Below, piece by piece: positions 29,663-39,681 of a DNA stretch of 64,000 nt. The first letter of the stretch is position 1. Each line of letters begins with the position of its first letter. Position numbers and translations under genes: made by a program. Origin of the DNA: a virus; IMG/VR virus record IMGVR_UViG_3300020198_000006, positions 1 through 64,000 of that record. One strand, written 5' to 3'. The notes below the pieces were generated by a model that was not told the DNA's origin, ran no database searches, and was given only the letters and a program-made list of their open reading frames with translations.

Positions 29663-31221
29663 AAATAATTGATTTAGGTATTTGTATCGACAATGAAGAC
29701 CCATTGGGTATAGGAAGAATTCGCGTCGTTGGCTATGATGATTATACAGGTGGTAAGGAAAACTATAAAAAATATAAACCGTGGAGTGAAGATGATTCAT
29801 TTATCGCTCTACCATTTTTACCTAATAATATTAATTTTATTCCTGAGATAGGGCAAACAGTAAAAGTTATACGATATAACACAAATAAAACAACTGTTAA
29901 TCAAGAATATATAAGTGGTCCTTTCACAACAAGATACGATTTTAACTCTCAGATATTCTCACAACAAATTAGTCCGACAACATTTGGTTCTGGAATTAAA
30001 GATAAACCTGAAATATTTTCTAACGGAAATCTACCATCTGATTGTGAAGGAACTATTTCAAAAAATACCGATTATTCTGTTTCAGGTAAATTTGGTTCAG
30101 ATGTTCTTTTTACTGAAAATGGTCTTGTTTTGAGAGGGGGTAAATTATTGTCAAAACAGGCGTCAAGTGTTGAAGAAAGAAAAAGACTATCCAATTATCC
30201 AATCGCCGCCAAGAAAGTATCTAAATTACATCTAAGGAAATTCCCTGAAAAGAGAGAATTAAGAATTGATGTTGTTGAAAAGACAAAATATGACAATGCA
30301 AATTTATTGTACGTAATTGAATATTCAATAGATAGTATATCTACCCCTACAACAATTAATTTTTTTGTTTACAAAATTAACACGGGGGGTTACGGGGATA
30401 TTTTCAAATCAAATACTTTTACAGAATTTACCGAAATACCAACCACATTAAGTGTTTTGTTAAATAATGATGGGACCACAACAACCCCAACGTTTAGTGT
30501 AAATATGACCACAAAAACTGATTATACAACTGATACTATAAATGACAAAATAACCGCAATTTGTTCAGAAATAAGATTAACTCTTCTCAAAATAAAAGAA
30601 GACGGATTTGATGGATTATTTAGTTCTACTATTAGGGCAAAATTTTATTCACAGGAAGAAGATTTAAAACTAATATATCCATTCTTTTTTAGACCAACAC
30701 AATCACTAAGAACTTTATCAACGTCAAATACCACAGAATTAGAAAGAAAAAATACTTTATTAAATGGGGTTAAGTTATGTAAAGGAGTTCAACAGAGCGG
30801 ACTTGTGTGGTCAACATCGAGATTTAGCGCACCATCATCTATAAATAAAGAAGAATCTGAAAAATTAGTAAAAGACAATACCTCAAGGGAACAAACATTT
30901 TCAAGTTTAACATCTGATAAAATATACCTTTTGTCGACTGATACAAACTTCACAGACAAATATGTGGAATTCGAGAAATTAAACAACTATGAATATACCC
31001 AAGACGACTACTTAGGTGAAATTGACCCAAACACATATGCAATTGTTAGAGGGGAGGTTCTTTTGGAATTTTTAAGGGCGATGTACAATGTCCTATTAAC
31101 TCACACCCATAATATCAACAGACCATACGCAAGGACAACATATGACTCACATGATACCTTAGTGGAGCTCTTCAACAAACTAGAATCAGAACTTCTGAAC
31201 AAGTCGGTGAGAACCAACTAA
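29659..31221 (+). CDS. Baseplate central spike protein (gp5/VgrG-like OB-fold)
   Basis: N-terminal GICIDNEDPLGIGRIRV...IPEIGQTV; C-terminal THTH iron-binding motif. Confidence 0.75.
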   Translation: MKIIDLGICIDNEDPLGIGRIRVVGYDDYTGGKENYKKYKPWSEDDSFIALPFLPNNINFIPEIGQTVKVIRYNTNKTTVNQEYISGPFTTRYDFNSQIFSQQISPTTFGSGIKDKPEIFSNGNLPSDCEGTISKNTDYSVSGKFGSDVLFTENGLVLRGGKLLSKQASSVEERKRLSNYPIAAKKVSKLHLRKFPEKRELRIDVVEKTKYDNANLLYVIEYSIDSISTPTTINFFVYKINTGGYGDIFKSNTFTEFTEIPTTLSVLLNNDGTTTTPTFSVNMTTKTDYTTDTINDKITAICSEIRLTLLKIKEDGFDGLFSSTIRAKFYSQEEDLKLIYPFFFRPTQSLRTLSTSNTTELERKNTLLNGVKLCKGVQQSGLVWSTSRFSAPSSINKEESEKLVKDNTSREQTFSSLTSDKIYLLSTDTNFTDKYVEFEKLNNYEYTQDDYLGEIDPNTYAIVRGEVLLEFLRAMYNVLLTHTHNINRPYARTTYDSHDTLVELFNKLESELLNKSVRTN

Positions 31222-31244
31222 TTTGATATTTATTAAATAAAAAG

Positions 31245-32621
31245 ATGTCATATTTCCGTTCATATTTCGAGAAAAACAATACAATTATTAAAAATTCTCA
31301 GGTTAATACCGCGAAAAATCCAACCACGGAGATTTTTTACGGGTCCAGTTTTTCCAAATTTTTATTTAAAGTAGATTTTACGGATTTAATATCTAAAATC
31401 CAAAATGGTGATTTGGTTATTAATTCAAATACCAAACATTACTTAAAAATAACCAATACGGTGTCAGGAGATGCTCAATTGGTGGGTGAGAAAAGAAACA
31501 CGGGAAGACAAAGAACCACATCTTTTGATTTGATTCTTTTTCAAGTACCTGAGAATTGGGACGAGGGTGTTGGTTTTGATTATGAAGATGGTGGATATGA
31601 TTATACTGTTGGTAACAATACATTTGATGAAAGACCTTCTAACTGGTATAATAGAACGACTTTAAATCCGTGGACAACACCCGGCGTATACCAAAGTACC
31701 CCCACAATAGTTAGTACAATACACTTTGATAATGGTGACGAAAATATAAATGTGAATATTACAGACTACGTTAATGGTATTGTACTATCAGGTAACACCA
31801 ACCACGGGTTAGGTTTGGCTTTTGCCACATTATATGAAAATATTAATGATGAATATGACCAATCGGTCGCATTCTTTACCAAATACACACAGACATTCTA
31901 TGAACCCTTTGTTGAAACAGAATTTGCAGATAGAATTGAGGACCATAGACAAAACTTTATAGGTGAAAGACAGAATAATTTATATCTATATGTAACAAAA
32001 GGAACAAACTTTTATAACTTAACAAACCCCCCAACTGTGGATATTCTCAATAGTTCTGGAGTTGCAATTTCCGGATTAACAGGGTTAACTACAACAAGAA
32101 TAAGAAAAGGAATATACAAACTAACCTTTGGTTTAACAGGTCAGTTATGTGATGGTAATAGATTCTTCTATGATAAATGGAAAAATCTATCTATAGATGG
32201 GGTTTCAATTGCGAATGTAACTCAAAAGTTCGTACCAAAACCATTTACCGATTACTACTCATTTGGTTCAAACCCAACCGAGGCTCAAAAATACATAGTT
32301 CAGTTTTTCGGTATTAAACAAAATGAAAGGATTATAAGGGGGGAGTTGAAAAAAATAGTTTTAACATTTAAATCTATTGAAGTACGAATGGCTCAACTAT
32401 TTGAAGATGTTTATTATCGTGTTTTTGTAAAAGAGGGTAAAACCAATGTCATTGTATATGATTGGACTAAAGTTGATATGACAACAACTGAAAATTCATT
32501 CTTTTTGGATACATCATATATGATTCCAAGAGAGTATTTTATGGAGTTCAAAGCCAAAACTCACACGGAAGAAATCTTCTATGATGATTATGTAAAATTC
32601 GAAATATTGTCAGAAAAGTAA
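31245..32621 (+). CDS. Probable virion structural protein (beta-rich)
   Basis: WDEGVG, SNW, FFTKYTQTFYEP; late promoter at 31227. Confidence 0.55.
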   Translation: MSYFRSYFEKNNTIIKNSQVNTAKNPTTEIFYGSSFSKFLFKVDFTDLISKIQNGDLVINSNTKHYLKITNTVSGDAQLVGEKRNTGRQRTTSFDLILFQVPENWDEGVGFDYEDGGYDYTVGNNTFDERPSNWYNRTTLNPWTTPGVYQSTPTIVSTIHFDNGDENINVNITDYVNGIVLSGNTNHGLGLAFATLYENINDEYDQSVAFFTKYTQTFYEPFVETEFADRIEDHRQNFIGERQNNLYLYVTKGTNFYNLTNPPTVDILNSSGVAISGLTGLTTTRIRKGIYKLTFGLTGQLCDGNRFFYDKWKNLSIDGVSIANVTQKFVPKPFTDYYSFGSNPTEAQKYIVQFFGIKQNERIIRGELKKIVLTFKSIEVRMAQLFEDVYYRVFVKEGKTNVIVYDWTKVDMTTTENSFFLDTSYMIPREYFMEFKAKTHTEEIFYDDYVKFEILSEK

Positions 32622-32635
32622 AATATTTATAGATT

Positions 32636-33394
32636 ATGAGTAAACTTGAAAATATTATCAAAAAACACCTTAAAGCAATTAGTGAAAGTGAAATGCCAGA
32701 GCAAGAGAATTACATGTTCTTTGGTAACATTGAACAAATGAAAAGACAATGTGAATTGTTGATGAATGAGGATAAAAATGAAATTGACTCCATTCTTAAA
32801 CAACACGATTGGGCTCAGGACCACATCGCAGAAGCTAAGAGTTTATTGGACCAAGTGTTTGATTTTTTAATGAATCAAACTAAAGGTGGGGATTCTGAAA
32901 TAGACGAAAGTTTATTAAGTGAACAACCATTTAATGATGGTGGAGAACCTATGATGACCCATCAACAATATAGAGATTATAGTGAACCAGCTGAACCAGA
33001 TGACGATGATTATGGTGGTGATGTGCCCAATAATGACACCGCAGTTGGTTGGTTAAGGAATGAATTAGAAGAAAACAATATTTTTTTAGAAAACTATGGT
33101 GGTGACGAATATATGATATCTTGCGAAAAAGTCAGATGTGATTTCATGATATATTTTGATAATAAAAATGACATTGAAACATCCGTGAAAATATACATAT
33201 ATAATGGCGATACCAATGAAGAGATTGAACAAAGGTTCGTGGATGTGATTGAGGCATTCAATTTTATATTAAGTGTAAAGGATAAGTATCAATTCCAAAG
33301 TTATGAAAGTGCGGTAAGAGATTATGTGAAGTCACAAAGAGATGACGCTATGGATAGATATAATAATAGAATGGAACGCGGTAGTTTTGACTAA
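32636..33394 (+). CDS. Hypothetical acidic late protein, probable head-internal
   Basis: NYMFFGN...HDWAQDHI; I/L-x-E sites; late promoter at 32624. Confidence 0.55.
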   Translation: MSKLENIIKKHLKAISESEMPEQENYMFFGNIEQMKRQCELLMNEDKNEIDSILKQHDWAQDHIAEAKSLLDQVFDFLMNQTKGGDSEIDESLLSEQPFNDGGEPMMTHQQYRDYSEPAEPDDDDYGGDVPNNDTAVGWLRNELEENNIFLENYGGDEYMISCEKVRCDFMIYFDNKNDIETSVKIYIYNGDTNEEIEQRFVDVIEAFNFILSVKDKYQFQSYESAVRDYVKSQRDDAMDRYNNRMERGSFD

Positions 33395-33404
33395 ACGTAA
33401 TTAT

Positions 33405-33665
33405 ATGAAGATTATTGTTAACGAAGAGGATAAGAAATATATTCAAGAATGTCTTGATAGTGGTGATGTCCTAAAAGAAGACCTTAGACGTTGGTTTAAG
33501 GAAAAGTGGGTGGACGTAAGTCGTAAGGTAGATGGTAAACATCCACCCTGTGGTAGAAAAGACGCGGATGGTAAGTCTTACCCAAAATGTAGACCATCTA
33601 AAAAAGTATCTAAAGATACTCCAAAAACCGCAGGTTCATATAGCAAAAAAGAAAAAAATCTATGA
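33405..33665 (+). CDS. Basic head-internal-like protein, N-terminal segment
   Basis: LRRWFKEKWVD...CGR....YPKCRP; ATG at 33405; appears to continue in the -1 frame into 33662..34369. Confidence 0.6.
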   Translation: MKIIVNEEDKKYIQECLDSGDVLKEDLRRWFKEKWVDVSRKVDGKHPPCGRKDADGKSYPKCRPSKKVSKDTPKTAGSYSKKEKNL

Positions 33666-34369
33666 CTTCTCAAAAAAGAAGGGCGGAAAAAGAAAATCCA
33701 AAATCAGGTAAAGGTAACACACTCACATTCACTCGTTTTGATGAAAATAGAACCATTACATTGGACTTCACGGAATTTATTGAGTCATACCCCGCACCAA
33801 AAATTGCTTCTCTTAATGAGTCTAAAAATCAATTAAGTGAGGGTTTATTATTTCATATTCAAAATGAAAAACCATTAATTGAAAACGTATTCAGAATATA
33901 CTCTGAAAAATTCTTTGGTTTGTTTAACGAATCAAGAGAATTATTAAACAAAGGTATTCTTGAAGTTTCTGGTGATGATTATGAATTATTAATGACAGAT
34001 ATCGGTAAAACGGGTATCTACGAAGGTGAAGAAGTTTATTTAGATATTCCGTTTATATTAGATGAAGAAGAATATCTTGTTGAAGCGAAACACGGGGGTA
34101 AAAATGTGAACTTGGGTAGACCCTTTAGAACTCCCGGTGGACCAAAAAAGTTTGCGGTTTATGTAAAGAACAATAGTGGTAATGTTGTTAAAGTAACTTT
34201 CGGCGACCCCAATCTTAAAATAAGAAATAATAATAAATCAGCCGCAAAATCATTTAGAGCTCGTCACAAATGTGACCAAAAGAAAGATAGAACTACGGCA
34301 GGATATTGGAGTTGTAACATATCAAAATATCGTAAAGCTCTCGGTATCAAATCATCAAACCCTTGGTAA
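33662..34369 (+). CDS. Basic head-internal-like protein, C-terminal segment
   Basis: KKFAVYV...VTFGDP...SFRARHKC....AGYWSC motif. Confidence 0.6.
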   Translation: MTSQKRRAEKENPKSGKGNTLTFTRFDENRTITLDFTEFIESYPAPKIASLNESKNQLSEGLLFHIQNEKPLIENVFRIYSEKFFGLFNESRELLNKGILEVSGDDYELLMTDIGKTGIYEGEEVYLDIPFILDEEEYLVEAKHGGKNVNLGRPFRTPGGPKKFAVYVKNNSGNVVKVTFGDPNLKIRNNNKSAAKSFRARHKCDQKKDRTTAGYWSCNISKYRKALGIKSSNPW

Positions 34370-34662
34370 TGGATTTTCCATTTGAAGAAGAACAACAAGG
34401 CGGGTTTTACATTAGAACATTTTCATCGAACTTACCCGATATGGAGTTAAAGTGGCATTTTGATGAAGAGGATAGAACTGTTGTTTGTGAATATGAAACA
34501 GATTGGATGTTTCAAATGGACGACGAACTACCAATCGTTATAAAAAAAAATACCCCCATTTTTATTCCTGAAGGTACATATCATCGTATCATTAAAGGAA
34601 CAGGAGACTTAGTTGTCAGGGTAAAAAAACACCTGAACCCCACATTCTTTGAACATTTCTAA
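34363..34662 (+). CDS. Cupin-fold small protein
   Basis: LKWHFDEEDR ... IFIPEGTYHRIIKG. Confidence 0.65.
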   Translation: MVMDFPFEEEQQGGFYIRTFSSNLPDMELKWHFDEEDRTVVCEYETDWMFQMDDELPIVIKKNTPIFIPEGTYHRIIKGTGDLVVRVKKHLNPTFFEHF

Positions 34663-35058
34663 TGATATTTTTTGTTGTTCATTCCATTTTTCATTATTTT
34701 TAGTTGTACATATTTCTTTACAAAAAATAGTTTTTATACCTGCATTTATTATTCCTTTAGCACAATCTGTACAAGGAATACCACAAGTAAGATAAATTGT
34801 AGAATTTTTTGTAGATACCCCTGTTCTTGCAGCATTAATGATACTATTGATTTCTGCGTGTACCATGTAAAAGTACTTTTCAGGTCTCTCCTGACGTTCT
34901 TTTTTAGAATCATCCATTCCCCTCGGAAATGAATTATAACCCGTAGAAAGTACCTCATTGTCCTCCCCAACGATAACCGCACCTATTTGTGTTGATTGGT
35001 CTTTGGATTTTAACTTAACTTGTTCCGCCAATCCTAAAAAATACTCTGTCCAATTCAT
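34609..35058 (-). CDS. dCMP deaminase
   Basis: SKD.STQIGAVIV, TGYN, HAEINSI, PCTDC; likely ATG at 35058. Confidence 0.93.
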   Translation of the reverse strand: MNWTEYFLGLAEQVKLKSKDQSTQIGAVIVGEDNEVLSTGYNSFPRGMDDSKKERQERPEKYFYMVHAEINSIINAARTGVSTKNSTIYLTCGIPCTDCAKGIINAGIKTIFCKEICTTKNNEKWNEQQKISLEMFKECGVQVFFYPDN

Positions 35059-35369
35059 ATTAACTTTTGTGGTATCCAATACCACACCCTATCTTCTGAG
35101 TATCGGTTTAAAGACTTACCTTCCTTTTTTTCGATTATTTTGCTTATTTGTTGAATATGATTACTATTGGATATATCAACACCAACCATATATCCCGAAC
35201 CATCTTTTAAGTGAATGGTTTCTTTAATTGGATGTTTATACTTACCCTCATCGTATAAGATTAACATTTTAACCATTTCATCCTTTTTCATTTTACACTC
35301 AATACTTCTTTGGTGTATTAATTTTTCAAGGACATCCAATCTTAATTTACTATAATCAATTTCAGACAT
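35055..35369 (-). CDS. Hypothetical protein
   Basis: 104-aa ORF; host-type TATATTTG promoter element just upstream. Confidence 0.6.
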   Translation of the reverse strand: MSEIDYSKLRLDVLEKLIHQRSIECKMKKDEMVKMLILYDEGKYKHPIKETIHLKDGSGYMVGVDISNSNHIQQISKIIEKKEGKSLNRYSEDRVWYWIPQKLI

Positions 35370-35428
35370 AATTGCAAATATACCGAATATTTTTTGGAAA
35401 TCAAAATAATTTTTATTATACTTTCAAT

Positions 35429-35797
35429 ATGGAATTTGTTAGTGATTTTAAAAAGGATTTAAACTTAGGTCAAGAAGGTGAAAAAAGAGCTGCGAAGATT
35501 TTTGAAATACCTGTAACGGGTATTGAGGTAAAAGACGACCAACAGGCACTATACACCGGTAATCTTTTTATCGAATATGAAAGTAGAGGTAAAAAAAGTG
35601 GAATTTCTACAACGGAAGCGGAGGTTATATTTTTTCTAATTAAAGGAAGTGCGGGTGGATTATTTTTCTACACAGAAGAACTTAAAAAGATATTAAGACC
35701 ATTAATTAAAACGCACACAATTGTGGGTGGTGATAATAACACAAGTAAAGGAATATTAATTAGTATTTCTGAATTAATGAAACTACGTGTAAAATAA
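35429..35797 (+). CDS. PD-(D/E)XK-like endonuclease-fold protein
   Basis: F..DL..GQEGE, IEVKDD....TGNLFIEY..RGK.SGISTT.A, GGDNNTSKG. Confidence 0.6.
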   Translation: MEFVSDFKKDLNLGQEGEKRAAKIFEIPVTGIEVKDDQQALYTGNLFIEYESRGKKSGISTTEAEVIFFLIKGSAGGLFFYTEELKKILRPLIKTHTIVGGDNNTSKGILISISELMKLRVK

Positions 35798-35825
35798 AAA
35801 ACCCCCGAGAAATCGGGGGTTTTTA
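35795..35825. terminator. Bidirectional terminator between the nuclease-like gene and MCP
   Basis: AAAAACCCCCGA-GAAA-TCGGGGGTTTTT. Confidence 0.8.
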
Positions 35826-35840
35826 TATTAAGATAAACGA

Positions 35841-37559
35841 TTATCTTAAAGTGTCAAGACTGAATGTAACCAATCCATGTACGTCGATTACACCATAGTA
35901 ACGGTTGTTAACCATTTTCTTAGCGTATCTCGTCATAATACCCTTAATTGGGGTAAAGTTGAACGGATTATACATAGTCGGAGTCAACTGTAGAGGTACA
36001 TATGGTGCGTAAATGTAACCAGCGTCTAACAATGACTTACCTTTGTGACCGACGATAACCTTAGTAGGTGGTAAGTATGGGTCACGGTACACTTGGTAAC
36101 GACCTGATAAAGAACCGATTTTCTCGATACCCATGTTGTATTGGTCTTGCTCAGGAGCTGCGCTTGATACGTGGAAATACTCCAAATCATCAAATATTGC
36201 AGATACCTCAGAAGATACTACAATCCAGTTAGCTCCACCACGAAGAGTTGTCTTGTGGATTTGAGCAGATAATTGGTTAATTTTGGTAACCAAAGTTTGG
36301 TTCCAGTCCTTTTGAGTATAACCCAAGAATGGAGTGTTACCACTTGCTCCGTATCTCCATTCGTTGTAGTCCCACTTAGCTCTCCAAGCGGCACCTTTAC
36401 GAAGGTCACGAAGAATTTCACGGTCAATTTCAGCCGCAACTTGCTCAGACAATAAAGCTGTTAATTCAGCTTCAGCGTCGATGTTGTGGAATGCTGACAC
36501 GTCTTGAGCCAATTCAGGAGACCAGCTAGCTCTTAACTTTCTTTCACTAACAGAAACTGTTACTGATTGAAGGTCGAAAGTTACTTCACCGATTTCTTCT
36601 TCGAACTCAAGAGATGCATATGACCTGTAACTTACCATAACGTTAACAAGTTCCAAGTCGTTAGAAGAGAAGTTAGCAGGTGTGAAACCTGATACTGCGC
36701 TATATGACTCAAGGTCAACAGCCAAGAAGATTTTACCTTCTTCATCACAGATGTCTTGGAATTTGTCCATGTTAGTACCGCCTTTTTGACCGTACTCGAT
36801 AAGACCTTTACCATATTTCTGTGTTACAACGTTGAAATTTTTAACACCATTGTTTCCAGTGTTACCAGTAATTTCAACACTTAAAGATGAAAGGAACTCG
36901 TCGGTATCCATAAGGCTACCATCAGCACCTAACATTTTACCTTGTCCTGCTTTAGTGAAACCACTAATAACAACAATTGCACTGCTAACGGATGCACCAC
37001 TTAAGGCGGCTGTACTTTGAGTTGGTACACCATTGCTGAAAGTTACGAAAGCGAAAGGCGTAGCTGTGGTAGTTGTAGCGGCTCCTTTAGAGTAATCGAA
37101 GACACCAGAAGAAGCTGAATCATCGACCTCATAGAAACGGTCATAAAGATTTTTTGTATTACCGCTATAATATGCGTCGGGGTCAGCCTGTGTATTAGGA
37201 TAACCGAAAGGTGCAGCTTTTCCGTCTGCAATTTTAGGTACAAAGAAGAACAATTTACCGATTGGTAAGTTCATTGCCTGTACAGAAACGATGTCGTTTG
37301 CTAACAATTTAGAGAAAACGCGACGAATGATTGGGAAAACCACGGTCTCGAAAGAACCACTTGCATCAGCAGTTGCGGCTTCGTTGATTAAGTAAGACGC
37401 TTGGTTTTCGTATAATTGTGCTACGTTATCTTTTTGGTGACCGTCAAGTCCTTCAAGGAACCCGAGGTCATCCCATTTTTTAATGGTATCTTCTTTGATA
37501 ACACGAAGGTGCTTAAGACCGATGTTACCAACCATACCTGATTCTAATAGTGCTCCCAT
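35841..37559 (-). CDS. Major capsid protein (T4 gp23-like)
   Basis: PIIRRVF...VSVQAM, RKLRASWSPELAQD..AFHNIDAEAELT, YAPYVPL, GIMTRY. Confidence 0.97.
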   Translation of the reverse strand: MGALLESGMVGNIGLKHLRVIKEDTIKKWDDLGFLEGLDGHQKDNVAQLYENQASYLINEAATADASGSFETVVFPIIRRVFSKLLANDIVSVQAMNLPIGKLFFFVPKIADGKAAPFGYPNTQADPDAYYSGNTKNLYDRFYEVDDSASSGVFDYSKGAATTTTATPFAFVTFSNGVPTQSTAALSGASVSSAIVVISGFTKAGQGKMLGADGSLMDTDEFLSSLSVEITGNTGNNGVKNFNVVTQKYGKGLIEYGQKGGTNMDKFQDICDEEGKIFLAVDLESYSAVSGFTPANFSSNDLELVNVMVSYRSYASLEFEEEIGEVTFDLQSVTVSVSERKLRASWSPELAQDVSAFHNIDAEAELTALLSEQVAAEIDREILRDLRKGAAWRAKWDYNEWRYGASGNTPFLGYTQKDWNQTLVTKINQLSAQIHKTTLRGGANWIVVSSEVSAIFDDLEYFHVSSAAPEQDQYNMGIEKIGSLSGRYQVYRDPYLPPTKVIVGHKGKSLLDAGYIYAPYVPLQLTPTMYNPFNFTPIKGIMTRYAKKMVNNRYYGVIDVHGLVTFSLDTLR

Positions 37560-37595
37560 TTTAATATTTTTTTGGTTTTTTATTGTTTATTTTTA

Positions 37596-38882
37596 TTATT
37601 TCAACTTACTCATCAAGTCTCTCATTCTTCTGAATTGAGGATTCTCATAAGCTTTTGACTCTGAAAGAACCCCAGTTGAAGATGAAGTACTTGGTGCTGT
37701 AGTTATTTTTTCAACCACCGATTCAGTCACGGGTTTTTTAGTGTCTAATTCGGCTTTAATTGATACATAAAGATTCTTAGATTCCTTCAAGGTTGAGATT
37801 GAATCGAATCTTTTAAGAATATTTAGTTTTTCCTGTTTTGTTGTGGAATGTTCTGTGAACAAACGAGTGGCATATGCTAAATTGGCGTTGAAAACAGCAA
37901 CTTCGTTAAGTTTTTCCTTGAATAAGACAAGTGCTTTTTTATACTCGCTGTTTTGTTTTTTCAAGTTTTGAACTTCTTCGTTTAATTCACCACCGTGATT
38001 TGAACCAGCTTTAAAAACTTTTTTGCTTTTTATACCAGCTCTTTCACCGCCATGAGGATTCCATTTTGTTCTTGCGGCTTCACCCACTTCTTTTTCATTT
38101 TCATTAGGTTCATCAAAAATAGTTTCAGAAAACTCTTTATCACCTTCGCCATCATTTGGTATAAATACTTTATCATCAAGCTCTGGTTCATCATCAAGTT
38201 CTGGTTTATCTTCATCATCAAGTTCTGGTTCATCATCAAGTTCGATTTCGTAAACTACTGTATCGGATTCTTCCTCCATCGGAATGTCTAAAGTTTCGTC
38301 GATAGGTTCATCCGCATCTTTTTCTTCATCTAACTTAATGATGTACTCATCGTCGCCATCCTCAAGTTCAATTTGGTCATCATCTTTTTTAACAATGATT
38401 CCATCTTCAGGTCTCATAGCTTTGAAGACTTTCAAAACTTCGTCTTCATCGGCACCTGTCATGTCAACAACATCATCTCCCATTTCGTCAGAATCTTCTG
38501 GATTCATTTCATCTTCTGGATTCATTTCATCTTCTGAATCCTTAGAATTGATGTCCTTAGATATTTCATCTTCTGAGTCCTTAGAATTGATGTCCTTAGA
38601 CATTTCATCTTCTGAGTCCTTAGACATTTCATCATCACCATCTTCGTTATCGAGACTATCCTCTTCATCCCCAGTTTTTACTGGTACATCATCTGATGCC
38701 TCTTCTTCAGAATCGGGTTGTTCTGTAACAACCTCTTTCTCTTCTTCCAATGATTCTTTTAGCAAATCGTTTAGTTCTTGTTTCATTGTAGAAGCAAGTA
38801 TACCTTTTGCATTTGCTTTGACTGCCTCTTCAAGTGTCTGCACCTGAAGTAACGCTTGTTCTAAAATAGATTTTTCGCTCAT
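37596..38882 (-). CDS. Prohead core / scaffolding protein
   Basis: Highly acidic, between protease and MCP; LNEVAVFNANLAY; internal SEDEMSKD and DDEPEL repeats. Confidence 0.8.
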   Translation of the reverse strand: MSEKSILEQALLQVQTLEEAVKANAKGILASTMKQELNDLLKESLEEEKEVVTEQPDSEEEASDDVPVKTGDEEDSLDNEDGDDEMSKDSEDEMSKDINSKDSEDEISKDINSKDSEDEMNPEDEMNPEDSDEMGDDVVDMTGADEDEVLKVFKAMRPEDGIIVKKDDDQIELEDGDDEYIIKLDEEKDADEPIDETLDIPMEEESDTVVYEIELDDEPELDDEDKPELDDEPELDDKVFIPNDGEGDKEFSETIFDEPNENEKEVGEAARTKWNPHGGERAGIKSKKVFKAGSNHGGELNEEVQNLKKQNSEYKKALVLFKEKLNEVAVFNANLAYATRLFTEHSTTKQEKLNILKRFDSISTLKESKNLYVSIKAELDTKKPVTESVVEKITTAPSTSSSTGVLSESKAYENPQFRRMRDLMSKLK

Positions 38883-38962
38883 TTGGAGTTTTATTTTCTT
38901 ATAAATATTATGATTATGTAAAAAAATACTTTTTACGATATTAAAATCTTAAATAAATTAGA

Positions 38963-39646
38963 TTACTTAGATAGGAAAGTATCCAATTTTAACATTAAAG
39001 TTTTCATTCTATCCGATTGCGGGTCACCTTCCTGAATAGGTTCTTGGTAGTTGTCTATTTCACCTGGGTCCTTAAAAATATAAGCGCCGGGGGTAGATGG
39101 AGATGATACTAAATCAAAACATACTAATTCGAAATCATCTTGTACTATGTTTTGACCTTTTATATTTTTTAATGAACCAACCCCTCTTGAGGATATACCT
39201 AACGATGCACCATTCATTAATAACATCGCCGCTTGGTCCCCCTTGGTACTAACGACACCCATTTTCTTCCAACCGGGTGACGTAAATAACTTTAGTTTAC
39301 CCATTAGTATTTTACCATCCCACCAAGTCTCAAGGATAGAGTGTGAAACTCTATCTAAATCAATTAATGAAGATGTTGGGTGATTAAGTTCACTTAATGC
39401 TCCACCCTTTTGAATTAAATTTTGATATTTTTCGGCTTCTCTTTTTAAAATGGTTTCAGGATATACTCTACCATTTTTATTTGGAGTATCGTATTTTTGT
39501 AAAACAGCATAAAGAATTATATCCTGTGAAAAATCCACGTCTTTCATCTCGGATATAATTTTTTTGTTTTCTTTCGGGGAAACGTGACCCGCGTCGTATT
39601 CTATTAAAACGCCATTGCCAGTCTCATTAGGCCCAAGTACTTTCAT
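38963..39646 (-). CDS. Prohead protease (T4 gp21-like)
   Basis: NKNGRVYP, ELNHP, VSH, GISSRGVGS, FDLVSSPSTPGA. Confidence 0.93.
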   Translation of the reverse strand: MKVLGPNETGNGVLIEYDAGHVSPKENKKIISEMKDVDFSQDIILYAVLQKYDTPNKNGRVYPETILKREAEKYQNLIQKGGALSELNHPTSSLIDLDRVSHSILETWWDGKILMGKLKLFTSPGWKKMGVVSTKGDQAAMLLMNGASLGISSRGVGSLKNIKGQNIVQDDFELVCFDLVSSPSTPGAYIFKDPGEIDNYQEPIQEGDPQSDRMKTLMLKLDTFLSK

Positions 39647-39681
39647 TTATCCTTTTATATAATAAATACCACAATACCGAA

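Noticed and set aside
38284-38847. 187-aa Ser-rich plus-strand ORF and similar antisense ORFs (1152, 15311, 15375, 27543, 41223, 50109)
   Set aside because: Shadow frames of real genes on the opposite strand, caused by codon bias and low-complexity repeats
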